A stretch of DNA of 64,000 nt from Octopus sinensis. Lineage: Eukaryota. The stretch lies in the NCBI RefSeq assembly GCF_006345805.1, contig NC_043023.1, forward strand, positions 6,262,001-6,326,000, read 5' to 3'. Below, one piece after another: positions 1-11,883 of the stretch (position 1 is its first letter; each line of letters begins with the position of its first letter). A model generated the notes under the pieces. It saw only the letters and a list, made by a program, of their open reading frames with translations, made no database searches and had not been told where the DNA came from. The position numbers were made by a program, and so were the translations under genes.

Positions 1-502
1 CCATTTTTCTGTCCTTGTTTGTCCCCTATGCGTTTAGCCCCTTGTGGGCAATAAAGAAATAGGTATTTCGTCTGCCGCTACGTTCTGAGTTCAAATTCCA
101 CCGAGGTCGACTTTGCCTTTCATCCTTTCAGGATCGATAAATTAAGTACCAGTTACGCACTGGGGTCGATGTAATCGACTTAATCCATTTGTCTGTCCTT
201 GTTTGTCCCCCTCTGTGTTTAGCCCCTTGTGGGTAGTAAAGAAATAGGTATTTCGTCTGCCGTTACATTCTGAGTTCAAATTCCACCGAGGTCGACATAC
301 CACCCATGTTTCCTAAGGTAAATAATCCAAACTTCTAAGAATTCTTTTCAACACATGGCTATGATGCTTTACATGAACTTTCGGGGTCAATGAATTAAGT
401 ACCAGTTATACACTGGTGTCGATGTAATCGACTTAATCTCCTTGTCTGTTCTTGTTTGTCCCCCCCTATGTTTAGCCCCTTGTGGGCAATAAAGAAATAA
501 GA
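1..502 (+). mobile_element. Tandem partial copies of SINE family B
   Basis: Repeated gagttcaaattccaccgaggtcgactttgcctttcatcc...gtaccag...aaagaaata units. Confidence 0.8.
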
Positions 503-958
503 TACTGGTGCCATGCAATTTGAACCCATGCTGGTGGTACACAAAAGCACCCACTACACTCTCGGAGTAGTTGGTGTTAGGGAGGGCATCCAGCCATAGA
601 AACTATGCTGAATCAGACTGGAGTCTGGTGCAGCCCCTCAGCTTACAAGCCCTGGTCAAACTGTCCAAGCCATTCTAGCATGGACAACAGTTGTTTGATG
701 CTGCTGCTGCTGATGATGATGATAATGATGAGGATGATGACGATGATGATGATGGCGATGATGATGGTGATGTGGATGATGATGGCGATGATGATGGTGA
801 TGATGATGATGATGATGGCGATGATGACGATGATGGCAATGATGATGATGATGGCGATGATGATGATGATGATGATAATGATGATGATGACGATGATGGT
901 GGTGGTGGTGGTGGTGGTGGTGATGATGGTGATGGTGGTGGTGGTGGTGGTGATGACT
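503..958 (+). repeat. RTE 3'-UTR fragment ending in an expanded compound (GAT/GAC/GGT)n tail
   Basis: The tggtgttagggagggcatccagc...ccattctagcatgga motif runs directly into ~250 bp of trinucleotide repeat. Confidence 0.8.
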
Positions 959-1351
959 GCTCACCTATTTTATGGAGAGTTTCATGTCATCCAGTGTTGA
1001 AAGTGGGCAGACATGGCAATCCAATGCTTCTGTGTCTTGTGGGTAGGTGCAGCTGTCTTTGATTTCTAATCTGTTATTTGTTTCAGCCACTGGACTGCAG
1101 CCATACCACAACACAGGGGTTTTAGTTAAGAAATCAAACCCAGGACTTATTCTTTGTAAGCTTAGTACTTATTCTATCAGTCCCTTTTGCTGAACCACTA
1201 AGTTACAGGGACAAAAACACACCAATATTGGTTGTCAAGCGATGGTGGGGGGACAAACACATACATACTATAGGCTTCTTTCAGTTTCCATCTACCAAAT
1301 CCACTCGCAAGGCTGAGGCTATAAGTAGAAGACACTTGCCCAAGGTGCTAT

Positions 1352-3430
1352 ACTACTATCATCTGGAAAAGATTTTCTAACTAGAAAGGGTATGGCCTGG
1401 TCAGCCTGTAATGACATGCATAAGATCTGGTCATCAAATCTAAGTAGAGACTTAAACTTGAATCTTCAAAGCCACAGTCGAACCAATTCTACTATATGGC
1501 TCAGAAACCTGGACGTTATCAAAGAAGCTTGAGAGGCGTTTGGATGGAACTTACACTCGCCTCCTTATGAGAGCTCAAAATCTCTCGAGGAAGTGTCATC
1601 CAACCAAAGTACAAATATATGGGAAACTACCACCTGTGTCATCTCTTGTGAAAGGTAGGAGAGTCCAGTTTGCTGGACATTGTTGCAGAGCTGAAAAAAA
1701 GGTAATTTCTACTTTTCTCCTCTGGAAGCCATCTACTCACAATACCAGAGGGCGCACACTCTCCTACCCTGATGTAATCTCCAGTGATACAGGCATCCAG
1801 CAACAGGACCTCCGTAATGCTATGATGGACTGTGAGGTCTGGCGTAACATAGTAAATTCCATTGTCTTGACCACGGTCGCGATATCAGAGGGCACACACT
1901 CTCCTACCCTGATGTAATCTCCAGGGATACAGGCATCCAGCAACAGGACCTCTGTAATGCTATGATGGACTGTGAGGTCTGGCGTAACATAGTAAATTCC
2001 ATTGTCTTGACCACGGTCGCGATACCAGAGGGCGCACACTCTCCTACCCTGATGTAATCTCCAGGGACACAGGCATCCAGCAACAGGACCTCTGTAATGC
2101 TATGATGGACTGTGAGGTCTGGCGTAACAGTAAATTCCATTGTCTTGACCACGGTCGCGATATCAGAGGGCGCACACTCTCCTACCCTGATGTAATCTCC
2201 AGGGATACAGGCATCCAGCAACAGGACCTCTGTAATGCTATGATGGACTGTGAGGTCTGGCGTAACATAGTAAATTCCATTGTCTTGACCACGGTCGCGA
2301 TACCAGAGGGCGCACACTCTCCTACCCTGATGTAATCTCTAGGGACACAGGCATCCAGCAACAGGACCTCTGTAATGCTATGATGGACTGTGAGGTCTGG
2401 CGTAGCATGGTAAATTCCATTGTCTCAACCACGGTCGCGATATCAGAGGGCACACACTCTCCTACCCTGATGTAATCTCCAGGGATACAGGCATCCAGCA
2501 ACAGGACCTCTGTAATGCTATGATGGACTGTGAGGTCTGGCGTAACATAGTAAATTCCATTGTCTTGACCACGGTCGCGATATCAGAGGGCACACACTCT
2601 CCTACCCTGATGTAATCTCCAGGGATACAGGCATCCAGCAACAGGACCTCTGTAATGCTATGATGGACTGTGAGGTCTGGCGTAACATAGTAAATTCCAT
2701 TGTCTTGACCACGGTCGCCGATACCAGAGGGCGCACACTCTCCTACCCTGATGTATCTCCAGGACAACAGGCATCCACAACAGGACCTCTGTATGCTATG
2801 ATGGACTGTGAGGTCTGGCGTAACAGTAAATTCCATTGTCTTGACCACGGTCGCGATATCAGAGGGCGCACACTCTCCTACCCTGATGTAATCTCCAGGG
2901 ATACAGGCATCCAGCAACAGACCTCTGTAATGCTATGATGGACTGTGAGGTCTGGCGTAACATAGTAAATTCCATTGTCTTGACCACGGTCGCGATACCA
3001 GAGGGCGCACACTCTCCTACCCTGATGTAATCTCTAGGGACACAGGCATCCAGCAACAGGACCTCTGTAATGCTATGATGGACTGTGAGGTCTGGCGTAG
3101 CATGGTAAATTCCATTGTCTCGACCACGGTCGCGATATCAGAGGGCACACACTCTCCTACCCTGATGTAATCTCCAGGGATACAGGCATCCAGCAACAGG
3201 ACCTCCGTAATGCCATGATGGACTGTGAGGTCTGGCGTAGCATGGTAAATTCCATTGTCTCGACCACGGTCGCGATATCAGAGGGCACACACTCTCCTAC
3301 CCTGATGTAATCTCCAGGGATACAGGCATCCAGTAACAGGACCTCCGTAATGCCATGATGGACCGTGAAGTCTGGCGTAGCATGGTAAATTCCATTGTCT
3401 TGACTACGGTCGAACAATGATAATGATGAG
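1352..3430 (+). mobile_element. 5'-truncated RTE-clade LINE (ORF2 C-terminus) with tandemly amplified 3' end
   Basis: Translates RKGMAWSAC..., TVEPILLYGSETWTL, RRVQFAGHC, and ends gaacaatgataatgatga. Same family as 18273-18635. Confidence 0.85.
1741..3413 (+). repeat. 140-bp tandem array, 12 units
   Basis: Unit starts at about 1741, 1881, 2021, 2159, 2299, 2439, 2579, 2720, 2855, 2994, 3134 and 3274. Confidence 0.95.
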
Positions 3431-3679
3431 GTGCTATGCAGTAGGACTCGACCCAAAACCATGTGATTGGGAAGCAAGCTTCTTACCACACAGCCATGCC
3501 GATGTATGCTTGTATGTATGTATGTATATATGTGTGTATATATATCCATCTTTTCATGACGGATTATTGGGAATTTGAATGCGTTCCAGTTTCAACTTGT
3601 TTATGAAGTATTTTTATTTTTTAGTTCCCCATCCTCAGTAATTCGAAAATAAGGGAGCTGGAATGCAGTCAAAGCTTCC

Positions 3680-3759
3680 ACATACACACACACACACATA
3701 TATATTGAAATGTGTATATATTTACATACATACATACAAACATATGTATATATACACAC

Positions 3760-3818
<59 letters not shown>

Positions 3819-4291
3819 CATACATATACATACATACATATACATACTATATACATACATACTTATCTACATACAATATACACATGTATGCAGATATATA
3901 TACATATTATATATATATATATGTGAATGTGTATATAATATACATATATATAAACATATATATATATATATACATACATGCATACATACACATATATTTG
4001 CATGTATATTCACACATACTCATGCACACATTCATATACATACATATGTATATATATATATACACATACACTTCACATATATGCACTTGTACATAGCATA
4101 TACATATTTATATGTATGTAGTTGCATGTATATACATACATATATATATATAGGTGTGTATGGTGTGAGTGTATAAATATGTATGTGTGTGTGTATAAAT
4201 ATATATACTCAGGCATACAAAGCTAATATATTACATATACATATACGTGTCTCTCTACCCTCTTCCTCTTTATCTCTCTCTCTCTCTCTCT

Positions 4292-4329
<38 letters not shown>

Positions 4330-4340
4330 TCATACACACA
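3680..4340. repeat. Compound (TA/CA/TACA)n microsatellite
   Basis: Direct inspection. Confidence 0.95.
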
Positions 4341-4714
4341 AATGTATTCGTACATATACAGGAACAAACAAAACAGATGTAAAGTAAATAATAGATCAAT
4401 TGGGATCCATAACCGCATATATGTACAACCAATCAATAAGGCTTTGAACACTCATCTAATTAACGATTAATACAGATCTAGCATTTAATGAAAACAAAAA
4501 CATAATTAAGATGTGTCATCAGATTTAATACGTATCTTAAACATAGGGTTTATTTCTTATGCACAGACATGTGATGGTGAGGTGTTCATGCCTTTCCCAT
4601 ACAACCAATGTTATTAGTTATGTCTCCCTCTCTCTCTCCTGACATCCGTCTACCATTCTTCACATTATCCTGTCACATTCACATTACTTGTTTGAGTCCT
4701 AACATGCCAGCCAC

Positions 4715-5270
4715 ATCTATCATCATCATCATCATCATCACCACCACCACCACCACCACCACCACCATCATCATCATAGCATCATCAGCCTCATCATCGT
4801 CATCGTTGTTGCTGTCATCATAATCATCACCACCACCACGAATACCTTCCTCACCACAATCATTGACATCATCATCACCACCACAAACCTTCATCATCAC
4901 TATCATCATCATCATATAATTAGCGTCATCATCATCACCACCACCACCATCTTCATCATCATCATCATCTCCACTACCACCATCATTGTCATCGTCATTG
5001 CCGTAATTATCATCATCATCATCATAGTCATTATTGTTATTGTTGTTGTTGTCATCGTCATCATCACCCCCACCATCATCATCATTAGCATCATTAGCCT
5101 CATCATCGGCATTGCTGTCATCATAATCATAACCATCACCACCAATACCTTCATCATCGTAATCATTGACATCATCTTCATCATCACTATCATCATCATC
5201 ATCATTACTACCTTCATCATCATCATCGCCATCGTTGTTGTTGTTGTCGTCATCATCACCATCCTCTTCA
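4715..5270. repeat. Compound (CAT/CAC/TGT)n trinucleotide tract
   Basis: About 550 bp of degenerate ATC-type repeats; source of spurious poly-D/M ORFs. Confidence 0.95.
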
Positions 5271-5730
5271 AACCCTGTACATTGCTCTCTCAAGTCCTGA
5301 GACTCATAAGGCCAGCTACCACTCGAAACCACAATCTTGTGATCACGAGTGCAGCACTCTAATCATTGGGTTTCATGCCTCAACTGACCATTCCTCCTCA
5401 TATTTTTCACTGTGAGATCGTGGCCATGGCCCATGCCAGTGTCACATAACCAGCCCATTTAAGAGTACCCTTCAATCGTTGGACAATATGCTGTGCTTGA
5501 GAAGATATTTTGAGTCAAGTGAAATCATCGTGGATGATTCCAGTACGGCCTGACTGGTACCCATACTTGGGGCATATAAAGAACACCATACGAGTGCGGT
5601 TGATGCCAGTTCCACCTGACTGGCTCTTGCACCGGTGACATGTAAAAATCACTATTTGAGTGTGATCAATGCCAGTATCACCTGACTGGCTCCCGTCTAT
5701 ACTCTTAGAGTGGTTGGTATTAGGAAGGGC

Positions 5731-5969
5731 GAAGGCGGTGAGCTGGCAGAAACGTTAGCACACCGGGCAAAATGCTTCGTGGTATTTCGTCTGCCGATAC
5801 GTTGTGAGTTCAAATTCCGCCGAGGTCGACTTTGCCTTTCATCCTTTTGGGGGTCGATTAAATAAGTACCAGTTACGCACTGGGGTTGATGTAATCGACT
5901 TAATACCTATGTCTGTCCTTGTTTGTCCCCTCTATGTTTAGCCCCTTGTGGGTAATAAAGAAATAAGTA
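5731..5969 (+). mobile_element. SINE family B, near full length
   Basis: ggcggtgagctggcagaa head, B-box-like gagttcaaatt, central gcctttcatcc...gtaccag block, aaagaaata tail. Confidence 0.85.
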
Positions 5970-6689
5970 TTAGGAAGGGCATCCAGCTGTAGAAACCTTG
6001 CCAGATGAGATTGGAGCCTGGTGCTGCCATCTGGCTCACCAATCCTCAGTCAAACCGTCCAACCCATGCCAGCATGGAAAGCGGACGTTAGACAATGATG
6101 ATGATGATGATAACTGTATAATGCATATAACTCAGATCTTTCCCTCATTTTTGAAAAACTGGAATATACTAATATCCTTCACTGGGGATATTTCTTCATT
6201 TTTCCATCTCCCTCTCTGATGACGGTATACTCAGCCTATGGAATCCTTACTCAATATTGTGATCCATATGCTTGGCTATTCTAGAAACAGCTGTAAGATA
6301 CTGTCTGTTTATATTCTCTATCTAAATGAAAAATCTATTTCAGGTGGTACTAAATGTTTTGCTCTTTCAATTGTTTTAATCGATATCCACCTTCTAGTTG
6401 CCTCTGATAGGCAATCTCACCACCACATTTTCAGTGGTAGTTTTAGTGGTAAACCAAACTGAGCACTTAAAGTACATACCAATTATCACATCACTTGATG
6501 GAAACTTCTTGTATAGTCTATTACCAATATTCCACTGAACTTTTTAATAATTCCTTCTGGAAACTATCTTTAACATGTTCTTGGGAATGATTATTTATGT
6601 TGTAATCTTTTGTGCCAAATATCTTAAGGAACTTTTTTTATCCTTAACATGTCCTTGTTACCAAAGACTGTATATATGTAAAGTAGCAT

Positions 6690-6818
6690 TTTGTAACAAC
6701 CAATAATTAACGCAACCAAACTTCTACATGTTACTTTTGACAATCTTTTTCCAAAGAGTGAAACCGGTAAAGTAAATAAACATCTTTTAAAATTGCATTT
6801 TCAAACCTTCTTTCATAT
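6690..6818. repeat. Unclassified interspersed repeat (second copy at ~47098-47225)
   Basis: Shared ttacatgttacttttgacaatc...aaaattgcattttcaaaccttctttcata. Confidence 0.75.
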
Positions 6819-7164
6819 ATATATATATGTATATATATAATGGATTCTCCCGGCGTTAGACAATGTGTGAGGGTTCGGCAATTTCTTATAGAACAACCAC
6901 ACAGATGATTTGTTTATAGTGATCAAATGTTTGTGTACACTTAAGCTCACAACCTCCTTCAAATTGACATTACCTGTACAGGTGCAACTGGGTGCCACAT
7001 GTCAGATGTTGAAATGATCGCAGAGTAACGTGAAATGAAGTGTTTTGCTCAAGAACACAATGCACTGCCCAGTCTGGGAATTGAACCCACAATCGTGAGT
7101 GCAATACCCTAACCACTGAGCCATGCACCTTCTATATATATATATGATGATGATATATATATAT

Positions 7165-7211
<47 letters not shown>

Positions 7212-7385
7212 TATATGGAGAGAGAGAGAGCCCTGGTGAAGCAGCTAATTAAAAAAATAATTAAAAATCCTGAAAAATTATAGCTGCCCCTCACAATAAT
7301 GTGTGACCTATTAGTGTGTCATCGTCATTATTGTTTAACGTCTGCCTTCCATGCTGGAATGGGTTGGACAATATATTTATATATG

Positions 7386-7426
<41 letters not shown>

Positions 7427-7996
7427 TGAGAGAGAACATACAAATGGTAATATAGTTAATATCCTCATCCAAAATGAAGACTAGTACCAACACTTCCATG
7501 TTGCACGTTTAAACAATTGTGAAGATCCTACATGAAACCATTGGTTGCCTTGTTAACCCACAAATAATTTTTACATATATATATATACACACACACACAT
7601 GCACACACTTGGATGTATAACAGGAGACAGGGTGCTTAATATAACAGTTTATTTATTTGAAGTTGATGACTCTTTGTCACTATTTCAGCTTTGAATGAAT
7701 ATGTATGCAAACACGCGCACACACACACGGACATATATATACATACGTAATACATTACATATACACACACACACACCAATACACACTCACACACATAAAT
7801 ACATATATATATACATATATATATATATATGTATTCACATATACATTAATATATACAGACATTCACATATGCATAAATACACTCACACACTCACACATCG
7901 AACACCTCCCAGGTCCAAGGGGCCAAGTCTTTTGCTCTGCCCTTAAGGCAGTACCCCAGTCGATCACTGCCACCGTTGCCTGTCCCAGCTTGTAGC

Positions 7997-8164
7997 CTAT
8001 GCCCTCACTTTCAGGACGAGGTAATAAGAGAGGAAGAAGAGTGCACTGAGGCCCATGATAATGTAGCACATCATTTTCCGGTTGGATTTCCCAGAGTTGA
8101 TCATGTGGGAGATTCTGTTCATGCTGCCAGTGAGCAGGCCCTGGGAACTGTCGAAGTCTGTGCC
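7997..8164 (-). CDS. BET1L: BET1-like exon 4 (GTDF...NRKMMCYIIMGLSALFFLSYYLVLKVRA*), C-terminal TM anchor
   Basis: Acceptor ttccag|GGC, TAG stop at 7997-7999. SNARE C-terminus followed by a hydrophobic tail anchor. Spliced CDS totals 342 nt. Confidence 0.93.
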   Translation of the reverse strand, partial: GTDFDSSQGLLTGSMNRISHMINSGKSNRKMMCYIIMGLSALFFLSYYLVLKVRA

Positions 8165-8304
8165 CTGGAATTGAAACAACAACAGGAAGGATTAGATGAG
8201 GTTGAGGTGACACGAGACAATATGATATAAGGTGAGATGAGATGAAATGAAAGAATGAAAGAAATGAAATATAAAAGAGATCTTCGAATGTTGGGCCTTT
8301 TTTA

Positions 8305-8645
8305 CTCTTTTACTTGTTTCAGTTATTTGACTGTGGTCATGCTGGAGCATCACCTTTAATCGAGCAAATCGACCCCAGGACTTATTCTTTGTAAGCCTAG
8401 TACTTATTCTATCTGTCTCTTTTGCCGAACCGCTGAGTTATGAGGACGTAAATACAGCAGCATCGGTTGTCAAGCGATGTTGGGGGGACAAACACAGACA
8501 CATACATACGACGGGCTTCTTTCAGTTTCCATCTACTAAATCCACTCACAGGGCTTTGGTCGGCCTGAGGCTACAGTAGAAGACACTTGCCCAAAGTGCT
8601 ATGCAGTGGGACTGAACCTGGAACCATGTGGTTGATAAGCAAGCT
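8305..8645 (-). mobile_element. tRNA-derived SINE family A
   Basis: Reverse copy of the ~420-bp family with a ggcaccttgggcaagt core and (taaaagag)n tail. Confidence 0.85.
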
Positions 8646-8647
8646 AA

Positions 8648-8845
8648 ATACAGAGAGGACAAACAAGGACAGGCAAACGGATTAAGTCGATTATATCAAC
8701 CCCAGTGTGTAACTGGTACTTATTTAATCGACCCCAAAAGGATGAAAGGCAAAGTCGACCTCGGTGAAATTCGAACTAAGAACGTAGTGGCAGACGAAAT
8801 ACCGCTAAGCATTTCACCGGGCGTGCTAACGTTTCTGCCAGCTCG
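8648..8845 (-). mobile_element. SINE family B
   Basis: Reverse complement of the family B consensus seen at 5731. Confidence 0.85.
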
Positions 8846-10341
8846 CTACTTACCACACAACCACTCCTACGCCTATGACAATAGGCAACAAATGACCAAG
8901 ACCTTTGGCAATATGCAGTGCTTGAGAAGATTCACCAAGCTAAGTAGAATCGTAGTCGTGACTGTTGCCAATGTCATATAAAAATGCATCTGTGAAATCA
9001 GTCATGGCCGTTGCTAGGGTTGTGCTGGTGGCACATAAAAAGCACCCATTACACTCTTGGGGTGGTTGGCGTTAGGAAGGGCATCCAGCTGTAGAAACCA
9101 TACCAAATTAGACGGAACCTGGTGCAGTTCTCCGGCTTACCAGTTTCTGTCAAACCATCTAATCCAGTGGTTGCCAAAGTGGGCGATATGACCACCCCCA
9201 CTGGGGGCAGTAGAAAGATTCGAAAGGGGGAATGAAGAAAAGATGGGGCAATAATGGGGTGACCAAAACGGGGCATAATCATCATCATCGTTTAACATCC
9301 ACTTTCCATACTCACATGGGTTGGACGATTTGCCTGAGGACTGGCAAAGTAGATGGCTGCACCAGGTTCTAATCTGATCTGGCAGTTTCTACAGCTGGAT
9401 GCCCTTCCTAACGCCAACCACTCCGAGAGTGTAGTGGGTACTTTTATGTACCACCGGCATGAGGGCCAGTGCAATGGATGTAAAAAAAAAACGAACAAAA
9501 TAAAGGGTTAAATAGGTTAAGTTTTATTTGTGAAATATTGTTGTTTGGAATTTGCTGCAGAAAATGGTCTATGTCTTTGATGGTGAGCGGGGCCACTAGG
9601 AATGTGGCCTCAGAACCAAGGGTGTGGCAGCCTGAAAAAGTTTGGGAACCACTGATCTAATCTATGCCAGCATGGAAAACGGACATTAAGATGGTGATGA
9701 TATTTGGGATTAAAAAGGGTGTAGTGACGTCATATTCCAGTGTGCGCACACGCAACGTCATTCTTCCGTGTGCGTGGTTGGAACCTTCTGGAAAGGCATA
9801 AGGAAGTTCCCTCATACACATGCGCTAGAGACTGAAGCATAAATTCTATCGCGTTCCTTAATAGCGTCTGGGACTTGAGACACGACGATAGAAGAGAAAG
9901 GACGTATATTTTAAACCTGTGATCAGCCTATTTTCCTGTCCCAGACGCTTAGGATTTAACCTGTTCTATTGCTGCTGAATTGTAAGAAGCTTACAAACGT
10001 TAGAGCTCAGCCTTGCTGTGTTGAACTAGGTGGATAAAAACATACCATCGTGCTTCATTTGTGAATAAGAGAATAAACAATCGTATATATTTTTAAACTT
10101 GCTTTTTGTTCCTGACTGGTAGTTTCTAGAAACAAAAAGAAAGGAAATTGCGTTGCACCCAAGTTGCACCCCAAAAGTGTAAAGAAGCAACCAGTTCCCT
10201 TTACAAGGGCATCCAGCCATAAAAACCACGGCAGACATTGGAACTCAAAGTTCTTGGGGCCACTGGACCCACTTAAATCATCTGACCTATGGCAGCATAA
10301 TGATGGTGATGATAACTCTATATGGGATTTAGAATACTTAC

Positions 10342-10398
10342 CATTCCATCAAGATATCTGTTGGAATCTTTCGTATCAGATTCTATGTCTAACGCCAA
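10342..10398 (-). CDS. BET1L: BET1-like exon 3 (LALDIESDTKDSNRYLDGM)
   Basis: 57-nt phase-0 exon bounded by tttcag| and |gtaag; too short for the ORF track. Near-identical to vertebrate LALDIDRDAEDQNRYLDGM. Confidence 0.92.
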
Positions 10399-10538
10399 CT
10401 GAAATATATCAAAAAGGTAATTTAAGCAAAAAAATTAACAAAAGTTATACATACATACATATATATTATTTATTTAATGGTCACAATACATGTATTATTT
10501 ACATTCGATGGATATTTGTCTTCATCTTGTTTGTTGTT

Positions 10539-10584
10539 AACACAACGTTTCGGCTGGTATACCCTCCAGCCTTCATCAGGTGTC
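10539..10584 (-). ncRNA. Minimal type I hammerhead ribozyme motif, copy 1
   Basis: Minus strand: GACAC CUGAUGA A GGCUGG AGGGUAUA CCAGCC GAAAC GUU/ GUGUU. Stem I is 5 bp, stem II 6 bp, and stem III is the palindromic ACGU. Folded by hand; activity untested. Confidence 0.7.
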
Positions 10585-10823
10585 TTGGGGAAATTTCGAA
10601 CCTGGCTTCTCATTTCTAAGGTATTTGAGTCTCTACATCTACACAGGAAAGTTAGATGGTTTGAAAGACAAGCTAGTTTTTGATGGAGTTTCTCTATATG
10701 TCTCCATTGAAGTCTAATGTTGGCGCCGTAGCGATTAGATAATGCAGTTCTGTATTTAAGAGATGAGGAATTATGTACATTATTTACATTCAACGGATAT
10801 TTGTCCTCATCTTGCTTGTTGTT

Positions 10824-10869
10824 AACACAACGTTTCGGCTGATATACCCTCCAGCCTTCATCAGGTGTC
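10824..10869 (-). ncRNA. Minimal type I hammerhead ribozyme motif, copy 2
   Basis: Same motif 285 nt away. The one stem II change (CCAGCC to UCAGCC) keeps pairing as G.U. Confidence 0.7.
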
Positions 10870-11883
10870 TTGGGGAAATTTTGAACCTAGGTTCAAAGAA
10901 ATTGAATATTAGAAGAAACGCGAAAAAACTGAGAAGGCAGCATATAGAAAATGTAGACAGTGGACAATGGAAAACAATAAACAGAAACTAAAATGTCAAA
11001 AGTTCATTATGATATGTGGTTTGCGTATGCAAGCCGGCGGGGCTCGCTCTGACCACTCTTATTATTGTAAGCTTTTAATAAATAATATTTATCTCTCACC
11101 AAATGGAATATTTTTTTTGTTGAATTTTCTATCACAGATCAGTATATATATATATATATTGACGTTATGAGAGGTAATGGTGTCAAGAAGACCCAAAGGT
11201 GTCAGGTAATGCTGAGTAAGTGCTATGGACAGACCATAGTTAAGTTCCAGGTTTGGTGATGATGCGAATGAGGGGTCCAACTTAGGTCATATATCAGCAT
11301 GTGTATATATATATAAAAAAATTAACAGAATGAGATAAAAATCCATCCAAGGCTGTGAAAGATTTTAGAACATTTATAAATAGAAGGCTTTACAGCTGTT
11401 TCTGGGATATTTTATGCATCCCTTCATCGGAGACAGTGTGAGAAGATGGTTAAGCAATAGTTATTCTAGAGAAGATATGAAATAGAGAGTGAAGTGGAAG
11501 AATGAAAATAGATTTGAGATATGCAGGGATATTGCATTTGTAGATCCATTATTTAGGCAGAATGGTATACATATAAGATTCCTGTACCCATATATAAATA
11601 ACGCACACACAAACAAACACAAGCACAGAGGCACAAAACAATGTGGTACAAAATAGTACTCGACTACCAAAGAGGGAGTAAAATTCTATTTCGCTGACTA
11701 ACAGTCTGTGAAAGCTCATTAAGAATGGAATGTGTAATTTTGAACCGAAAATTTATTTTACTTTATCTCAACAAAAAGCAATGCAGTTAAAGTAAGCACC
11801 AAAATTATCAACATGCACACAGAGAGATTGGACAAAATAATGGAAACATTTCATTAAATAGAAGTTTTATTTAATACAATATA

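Larger units (their letters stand above)
10487..10894 (-). mobile_element. Penelope-like element remnant (two ~120-bp pseudo-LTR-like direct repeats flanking an ORF start)
   Basis: Direct repeats at ~10490-10610 and ~10775-10894 each carry a hammerhead motif. The spacer translates as ...EKLHQKLACLSNHLTFLCRCRD, resembling Penelope-type ORF N-termini (from memory). Confidence 0.65.

Noticed and set aside
605-1062. Poly-Met, poly-His and poly-Asp ORFs (also 4679-5332 and 40084-40345)
   Set aside because: They are three frames of (GAT)n-type microsatellite, with no splice context or domain.
1741-3413. Regular repeat array as a possible CRISPR
   Set aside because: Units are contiguous 140-bp copies of LINE sequence with no unique spacers and no cas genes, in a eukaryotic context.
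7863-8230. Overlapping 116-aa and 84-aa ORFs at the BET1L last exon
   Set aside because: Alternative frames or the antisense strand of the real exon, with no recognisable motifs.
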